This document shows positions 53,501 to 62,500 of a stretch of DNA of 64,000 nucleotides, piece after piece (the first letter of the stretch is position 1; every line of letters begins with the position of its first letter). The notes below the pieces were generated by a model that was not told the origin of the DNA, made no database searches, and was given only the letters and a program-made list of their open reading frames with translations. Origin of the DNA: Macrostomum hystrix (lineage: Eukaryota > Animalia > Platyhelminthes); contig CATNEN010000033.1 of assembly GCA_950097015.1 (NCBI GenBank), positions 3,968,001 to 4,032,000 of the forward strand, in the 5' to 3' direction. The position numbers were made by a program, and so were the translations under genes.

Positions 53501-56500
53501 CTTTCTCAAATGTATCGACGATATGTGGCTCTCGTAAACTTAGTTCAATTCAACAACTATTGCTAGCAATAAATTACTCTGTCTAGTAAAGCGCTTACCA
53601 CTTGTCTTTCCCTCAGAGATGAGTCCTCTTCTTCGTAAGGTGTTTTGAAGTCCGGTGGACCGCTCCGAGTCTGAATTTTTAGCTCGGATTTTCGCTTGTA
53701 TTTATAGTAAAATTTTGGGGAAAAACCGGTTCTACTACCGGGTGTTTACATTGGGCATACATGTTTGCACAGTGAGGTCAGACTTGTTTGATCAGCTGCG
53801 TTTTGGGGGGTTTTCAGGTGAACATTACCATATTTGGAATATTGTGTAAATACAGGTGCAGAAACCGATGAGTCATGTTTGCTTCAAGTAAATACAGCTG
53901 TCGAGAACCAGTTCTCCGATTTCATGTCACATGACTTGTTTCTAAAAATAGCGCATGACTCATTCCTAAAAATAGATTAAACATTATAGCTAAGGTTTCC
54001 TTGTGACATTACTTTAAGTAGCGCGTTAAGTAAAAACGTATTTTACAACTCTCTACAGAGAAAGTCAGGGCTGATGTACACACCTGTGTGAGCGTGTGCC
54101 TGCGTACAGTATCTGTGTGCGTGTGTGCTCAGGAGTCAGCGAAATGGGTAGAATTGCCTCCTCGCTGGCTGCGGGTCTAGTGTCACCAAATGATGTGCCA
54201 TTGCCCACAGCCCTCCTGCGATTATTATTTGATATAATTATAATTTTTATTATTATTATCAATTTTATTATTAATATTACAGAGAGTTCTAATTTTAGCT
54301 CAAGGGAAGCTAGTTGTGTCTTTGGACAAGAAAATGACCCATTGCTTGCTCTCACCCAGCTGTAAAATGTGTACCAGCATCAGCTGGGGAAGAAATTTAG
54401 GTCCACGTACTGGACAGCTGTACACAGCCTTTTGGTGTGGGATTTCAAGGAAATCTTCAAGCTTGCTGCGCTTCTCCCCTCAGATCGAGGATTGCCGCAT
54501 CTCGGCCATGGTGAAGCCATGCGAGGCTCTGCTTCACGAGGACCGGGCCGACACCGCCTTCGCAGCCTTCCTGCTGCCGCAGCTCATTCTGCAGCTTGTC
54601 ATGGAGGGCCGGCCAGAGAAGTGCCGCCTGGTGAGTCGCCCCTCTGGCCTGACCCCACTGACTCCCACCGACAGTAGCCCGTTTCCTGCCGGTCTTAATC
54701 TTCGTCCGTTTCCTCAATGGTCTCTTCGTCCGTTTCCTCAATGGTCTCTTCGTCCGTTTCCTCAATGGTCTCTTCGTCCGTTTCCTCAATGGTCTCTTCG
54801 TCCGTTTCCTCAATGGTCTCTTCGTCCGTTTCCTCAATGGTCTCTTCGTCCGTTTCCTCAATGGTCTCTTCGTCCGTTTCCTCAATGGTCTCTTCGTCCG
54901 TTTCCTCAATGGTCTCTTCGTCCGTTTCCTCAATGGTCTCTTCGTCCGTTTCCTCAATGGTCTCTTCGTCCGTTTCCTCAATGGTCTCTTCGTCCGTTTC
55001 CTTAATGGTCTCTTCGTCCGTTTCCTCAATGGTCTCTTCGTCCGTTTCCTCAATGGTCTCTTCGTCCGTTTCCTCAATGGTCTCTTCGTCCGTTTCCTCA
55101 ATGGTCTCTTCGTCCGTTTCCTCAATGGTCTCTTCGTCCGTTTCCTCAATGGTCTCTTCGTCCGTTTCCTCAATGGTCTCTTCGTCCGTTTCCTCAATTG
55201 TCTCTTTGAAGGGTTTTTTAGTCCGGTTCCCTCATTGCTTCACCTATTCTCCAGATCAAGGAGGAGATGCTGGCGGTGCTGAACTCGGTGGTGTCGGACC
55301 GGCCGGACGGCCTTCTGTCGGACAATCAGCTCTCCAAACAGACCGGGTCGGCGGGAGAGCAGCCGCAGCTGGACCGGGCCAACCTGTTCGCCCAGACTGT
55401 CTTCTCTATTATCGACTTCTTCTACGGCTGGACTCGGCAGCATTTGAACCAGCTGAAGGCGGCTGCGGCTGCGGCGGCTTCGTCCGCAGCAGCGACAACA
55501 GCGACTGCGGCCAAGGGCGAGGCCAACCATGAGAGCTACAGGCGGGCCTGCCAGTTCCTGGCCGACGTGCCGCAGACTCTGCTGGCAAGGGCGGCGTACA
55601 GCTGCCGGGCGGACACCAGGGCGCTGCGGCACTGGGAGCTGGCGCATCGGGAGCAGCCGCCCGAGCTGCGCAGGGCCTCGCTCAGGACAATGGCTCAGGT
55701 TTGGGCGCCTTGATAATCCACGGTGTGGGATAATTCAAGGTGTGAGATAATCCAAGCTGTGGGATAATCCAAGCTGTGGGATAATCCAAGCTGTGGGATA
55801 ATCCAAGCTGTGGGATAATCCAAGCTGCGGGATAATCCAAGCTGTGGGATAATCCAAGGTGTCGGATAATCCAAGCTGTGGGATAATCCATGGTGAGGGA
55901 TAATCCAAGATGTGGGATAATCCAAGGTGAGGGATAATCCAAGATGTAGGATTATCCAAGGCGTGGGATAACCCAAGGTGAGGGATAATCCTGGGATAAT
56001 GGTGTCAGAGCAGTTTATGCTGTGTAAACTTGCATCACATTCTCACCATGACTGCCCGTCCCAACCCGCCGGCCCGCAGGTGTACACCTCCTTGGGCGAA
56101 TCGGATGCCGTTGCCGGCGTCTTCGCCTGCCTGTCCGGCCGGGACCTGGATATCCGATCCCGCATCCTGCGGCTGGAGAACTCCGGCCAGCTGCCGCAGG
56201 CTCTGGTTGCCTACGACGTGGCGATTCGTTCCGAGGCCGGCAGAGACGACCTGGCGCTGCACCTGGGCCTGCTCCGCTGTGAGCTGGACAGCGCCAGCCT
56301 GCTCAATGCCGTCCAGAAGGCCGACTGGTTCCTCAGGCGCCGGCCGGACTGGGCGCCGCAGTTGAACTCCGTGCGGGCCGAGGCGCTGTGCAAGCTGGGA
56401 CAGTGGCAGCAGCTGCGGTCCGTTGTGCCCTGCGACAGCTGGGAAACCGACAGGGGTCAGGCTGGACACGTGAGACTGCCTTTCATACCTGTTGGTCATT

Positions 56501-59500
56501 CTCATACCTCTTGGTCATTCTCATACCTCTTGGTCATTCTCATACCTGTTGGTAATTCTCATACCTGTTGGTCATTCTCATACCTGTTAGTCATTCTCAT
56601 ACCTGTTGGTCATTCTCATACCTGTTGGTCATTCTCATACCTGTTGATCCTTCTCACTACTATTAGATACACTATCAGACCTGTCAATACACTCTCACAC
56701 CTGTCAGTCAATCATCTCCATTCCCCAACAGCCGGGCGCCAGCTGGCAAATCGGTGTTGGCCGCATCTTCAGCTCGCTGCACGAACGCAACGTCGCCAGC
56801 AGTCGCCGGGCCCTCGTTGACCTGGCCGCAGCCCAGGTGCCAGCGCTGGCCGCCGCAGCCATGGAGCCCGGCTGCTACGAGCGGGCCTACCCCACCCTGT
56901 GCCGCCTGCACGCCCTGGCTGAGCTTCAGGCCGGCCTCGACTGGATCGACAGCGCTGGCAGCGACTCCGCGGCTGCCACCACCGACCGCCTGCTGATGGC
57001 CTGGGACCAGCGGCTCAGCCTGCTAGCGCCCAGCTTCTCGGCGCAGGACACCGTGCTGTCCTGCCGACTGGGCTTCGCCAGGCTGGCAGCCGATGCTGCC
57101 GCAGCCGCTGGCGGGGTGAGAAACTGCCAATCAACTGAGGGATTTTTTAATAGCAGGAGAAGGAGTCAAGGTGTGTCAGGAGGAGTCAATGTATGTCAGG
57201 AGGAGTCAAGGTGTGTCAGGAGGAGTCAAGGTGTGTCAGGAGGAGTCAAGGTTTGTCAGGAGGAGTCAAGGTGTGTCAGGAGGAGTCAAGGTGTGTCAGG
57301 AGGAGTCAAGGTGTGTCAGGAGGAGTCAAGGTGTGTCAGGAGGAGTCAAGGTGTGTCAGGAGGAGTCAAGGTGTGTCAGGAGGAGTCAAGGTGTGTCAGG
57401 AGGAGTCAGGGTTGTCAGGTTGAGCAAAAATTCACCGCAAAAGCGCATGGCTGCTTACGTCCCCTGACGGGGTCGGTGGCAGAGTGGTTAACGCGTTTGC
57501 CTCTCGCACCAATGTCCCTAAGTTCGATTCCGCGGCGAGGCCACATTTATTCGGGGCGCAGCCGCTGAGAGAAGGCTTCGGGGCTTGTCGTGCAATTTAC
57601 GCCCTTGAGGGCCAACCTCCAAGGCACAGTGAGAGTGTACACTGCCTGAAGTCAGAAACCTGCGTACGGTATCTGTGTGCGTGTGTGCTCAGGAGTCAGC
57701 GAAATGGGAGGAATTGTCTCCTCGCTTTAAGTGTCACCAAATGATGTGCCAGCAGCCCTCCTGAAATTGCTGTTATTTTTATTACCTGTCCTCCCCCATC
57801 CTTCACAGCTTTCATCGTCGACTTCTTCGACATCTTCCGCCACCGCGGCCGCTACCGCTGCCGCTGCCGCCGCCGCCACCGCCGCCGCTTCGGACGCACT
57901 TCGCCGCGACTGGCGCCGCGCCGTCCAGGCGCACCTGCTGCGCCGCATCCGCTCAGCCCGACTCTGCGGTCGACTGGCCGCCGCTCAGGCGGCCCTACTG
58001 GAGGCCGAGCAGCTGCAGCCGCTGCCCGATGTAGGCGGTGGCAGCGGCGTAGCGGGCGGTGGCGGCGGCGGCAGCGGTGCTGGCAGCATTCTCGATTTGA
58101 CCGCCCGACTGACCGCCGAGTCCGCTAAACTGCAGTGGGAGCTGGGCCGACGGGACCAGGTGAGGCGCTGGGACTTCAAATAGGGATGGAATCTGGCATC
58201 TGATTCCCCCATTTAATCGGATATCTGATAGGGAGCAGAATGAAAAAAATGAAGATCGGATCTGAGAATCCAAGATGGGATTTGAGAATCCAAGATGGGA
58301 TTTGAGAATCCAAGATGGGATTTGAGAATCCATGATGGGGTGTCAGAATCCATGATGGGATTTGAGAATCCAAGATGGGATTTGAGAATCCAAGATGGGA
58401 TTTGAGAATCCATGATGGGATTTAAGAATCCATGATGGGATGTCAGAATCCATGATGCGATCAGAAAATCCAAGATGGGATTTGAGAATCCACGATGGGA
58501 TTTAAGAATCCATGATGGGATGTCAGAATCCATGATGCGATCAGAAAATCCAAGATGGGGTTTTTTAGAATTTTGTCTGCATCGGGGCGGAAACGAGCCA
58601 CACAGAACTGCCCTGCCCACGCATCAGGCTCTCGCAACTCTCGAGGCCCACGCCCGGTTGATCGGCGACGGCGCCTCAGGCGGCCAGTCCGCGGCCAGCT
58701 TCCGCCGGCTCCAGCTGCTCCGGGCCAAGTATTCGTACACCGCGGGCCGGCTGCACAATCACGACCTGTCGCGCCTGTTCCAGCAGGCCATCTCGGCCGG
58801 CAGGGCGCACGAGGCCTGCCACTTTCACTACGCCCAGTTCCTGGACGAAGCCACGCAGAAGGAGCTGGGCGCTGAGCACATGGCGCTGATGCTGCGCACT
58901 GTGGAGCAGTACAGTCGGGCGCTGCAGTGCGGCAGCAAGTACGTCTACCACAGCGCCTCCCGCATGCTGTCACTCTGGCTGGAGCTGGCCGCCCAGGTGG
59001 CCGCCAATCCGAACGGCTCCGCAGCGGACTCGATGTCGCAGCGAAATAGCCAGGTCAGGAAGCGCAACCTGGACAAGCTGAACGCCAACCTCACCGTGCA
59101 GCTGGCCCGGGTGCCCAGCTACCAGTTCTATGCCGTGTTCTCCCAGCTGGTGTCCCGCTTGGCCCACTCGCACAAGGAGACCGTAGCCATACTGCAGGAC
59201 CTCATTGCCTCCGTGGTTGCGGCCTACCCGCATCAAAGCCTCTGGTGGCTGCTGCCTGCAGCCAGGGCTGCCGACTCGCAGGTCAGGCGCCAGCGGTGCC
59301 AGGCCATCTTCGCGTCCGCCTCCAAGAAGACCGCAAACTCACATATGGTAGGACTGCCGTGGGATTAGGGTGGGATCTGTGTGGATTGGGATGGGAACTA
59401 TGGGGATTGGGATGGGATCTATGGGGATTGGGATGGGATCTATGGGGATTGGGATGGGATCTATGGGGATTGAGGTGGGATCTGTGGGGATTGGGGTGGG

Positions 59501-62500
59501 ATCTATGGGGATTGGGATGGGATCTGTGGGGATTGGGGTGGGATCTATGGGGATTGGGATGGGATCTGTGGGGATTGGGGTGGGATCTGTGGGGATTGGG
59601 GTGGGATCTATGGCATTAGGCTGGGATTTGTGGGGATTGGGATGGGATCTATGTGGATTGGGGATGGGTATTGGGATGGGATCTTTGGTGTTGAGGTGGG
59701 ATCTGTTGTGCTAAGTTGTGATCTTGGGTGCTGGGCTAGGATCGAGATTAGTAGGGTGGGATCTCATTTTTGGGATGGGATCTTATTCGTGGCTTGGGAT
59801 CTGTGGTGTTTAGGAATGAAAATGGGATCTTTTGTGATCGGAAGCTTCAGTAATTTGGGTCCTCTGTGGGAGGTGATGTTGTTTGATTGGGTTAATCTCC
59901 AATTGGGCTAATCCGCATCCTCACCTGTCCGCATCCTCACCTGTCCGCATCCTCACCTGTCCGCATCCCGCCAGCTCCGCCGCCTAATCCAGGACATGCA
60001 GTCGCTGGCTGAGCAGCTGGTGTCCCTGTGCTGCGCCAAGCCCTCCACAGCCGTGATGTCGCTGGCCGCCTGCTGCCCGAACCTGTCCGCCTTTTTCGCC
60101 AGCGGCGGCCCCGCAGCGTCGCAGATCCTGCTGCCCACCCAGCGCTTCCTCTGCGCCACCCTGCCCAGCGGCCCCCTGCCGCCCGCCGACCAATCGGGCG
60201 CCGGCCTGGGCGGCGACGCCGGCTTCAATGCCTTCCCGGCGCGCCGTGTTTGCATCCAACGACTGGATGACCGCGTGATCGTGCTCAACTCGCTCGTGCT
60301 GCCAAAGAAAGTCACCTTCGTGGGCAGCGACGGCTGCGGCTACGTGTTCCTGTGCAAGCCGGAGGACGACCTGCGCAAGGACTGTCGGTGAGAATCTGGA
60401 ACTTGATGCTGGCTTGGTTCCCGAGCTGGGATGGATTGGTTAATTGGTTCCATTTCCAGGTTAATTGGTTCCATTCCCAGGTTAATTGGTTCCATTTCCA
60501 GGTTAATTGGTTCCATTCCCAGGTTAGTTGGTTCCATATCCGTGTTAATTGGTTCCATTCCCAGGTTAATTGGTTCCAGTCCCAGGTTAATTGATTCCAT
60601 TCCCAGGTTGATTGGTTCCATTTCCGTGTTAATTGGTTCCAGTGCCAGGTTAATTGGTTCCAATCACAGGTTAATTGATTCCATTCCCAGGTTAATTGGT
60701 TCCATTTCCAGGTTAATTGGTTCCATTCCCAGGTTAATTGGTTCCATTTCCAGGTTGATTGGTTCCATTTCCAGGTTAATTGGTTCCATATCCGTGTTAA
60801 TTGGTTCCAGAAGTACCGAACAGTCCCAGGTTAATTGGGACCCAGGTTAGTCCTAAACAGTCCCAGGTTAATTGGTTCGAGTCCCAGGTTAATTGGTTCC
60901 AGTCCCAGGTTAATTGGTTCCAGTCCCAGGTTAGTTGGTTCCATTCCCAGGTTAATTGGTTCCAGTCCCAGGTTAATTGGTTCCAGTCCCAGGTTAATTG
61001 GTTCCATTTCCAGGTTAATTGGTTCCATTCCCAGGTTAATTAGTTCCATTTCCAGGTTAATTGGTTCCATTCCCAGGTTAGTTGGTTCCATTCCCAGGTT
61101 AATTGGTTCCAGTCCCAGGTTAGTTGGTTCCATTCCCAGGTTAATTGGTTCCAGTCCCAGGTTAATTGGTTCCAGTCCCAGGTTAATTGGTTCCATTTCC
61201 AGGTTAATTGGTTCCATTCCCAGGTTAATTAGTTCCATTTCCAGGTTAGTTGGTTCCATTCCCAGGTTAATTGGTTCCAGTCCCAGGTTAGTTGGTTTCA
61301 CTTGTCAGTAGTTTCATCATTCATCAAACATCAAGGCCTCTCCTACGCCCTCAGCTTCGTGGAGCTGTGCAACTTCCTGAACCGCGCCCTGCTGAAGGAC
61401 CCGGAGTCGGCCAACAAGCAGCTGAGAATTCGCACCTACGCCGTGGTGCCCCTGTCCGAGCGCAGCGGCCTGATCGAGTGGGTACCCCACACCCAGGCCT
61501 ACCGCCGGCTTCTCGACAAGCTCTACGCCGAGAAGGGCGCCGTCCTGCCCACCGCCGAGATTCAGGCGGCCTACAAGAAGTTCCAGGATCCCACTGTCGA
61601 CATCCAGGTTCGGGCAGCCAGATTCGCTGAATTCCGCGACACCCACTTCAAGCCGGTGTTCTCTGAGTGGTTTCTGGCCGCCTTCCCTGACCCCGGCTCC
61701 TGGCTGCGGGCAAGGCTCACCTACGCCAGGTCTGCCGCTGTCATGAGCATCATCGGCTTCGTCATGGGCCTGGGCGACCGGCACTGCGAGAACCTCCTGC
61801 TGGATGCCACCAGCGGCCACCTGGTGCACTGCGACTTTAACTGCCTGTTCAACATGGTGCGTCTGGAAACCCCTTCTGATCTACTTCTCACCTTCTGATC
61901 CACTTCTCACATTCTGATCTACTTCTCACCTTCTGATCCACTTCTCACCTTCTGATCCACTTCTCACGTTCTGATCTACTTCTCACCTTCTGATCCACTT
62001 CTCACGTTCTGATCTACTTCTCACCTTCTGATCCACTTCTCACCTTCTGATCCACTTCTCACGTTCTGATCTACTTCTCACCTTCTGATCCACTTCTCAC
62101 CTTCTGATCCACTTCTCACCTGATCTACTTCTCACCTTCTGATCTACTTCTCACCTTCTGATCTACTTCTCACCTTCTGATCCACTTCTCACCTTCTGAT
62201 CTACTTCTGCTTCTCCCTCAGGGCCTGCTGTTCCCCGTGCCGGAGGTCGTGCCATTCCGGCTCACGCACAACATGATCGACGCCATGGGCGCCACCGGGG
62301 TCGAGGGCGTCTTCCGGCGGGCCTGCGAGGCCACCCTCGGCCTCATGCGCCGCGAGGCCCGGCCTCTGGTGGCCGTCCTGAGGCCTCTGGCCTTCGACCC
62401 CATCGTCGACTGGATGAAGCCGCGCCACCAGAACCTGGCCGGCGCCGAGCTGTCCTACCTGGATGGCCCGGCTGCTGCCGGAGCTGCCGGCGGATCTGCC

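Larger units (their letters stand above)
43496..54057 (-). mobile_element. Full-length Ty3/Gypsy (Metaviridae-like) LTR retrotransposon with env-like gene, 10,562 bp, antisense in ATR intron 22
   Basis: Two 962-bp LTRs (TG...CA), TSD GAGA at 43492-43495 and 54058-54061, PBS, PPT, intact polyprotein with PR-RT-RH-IN order. Confidence 0.97.

Noticed and set aside
55712-55992. TAATCC (K50 homeodomain site) cluster as an enhancer
   Set aside because: Simple consequence of the repeat unit; no independent evidence
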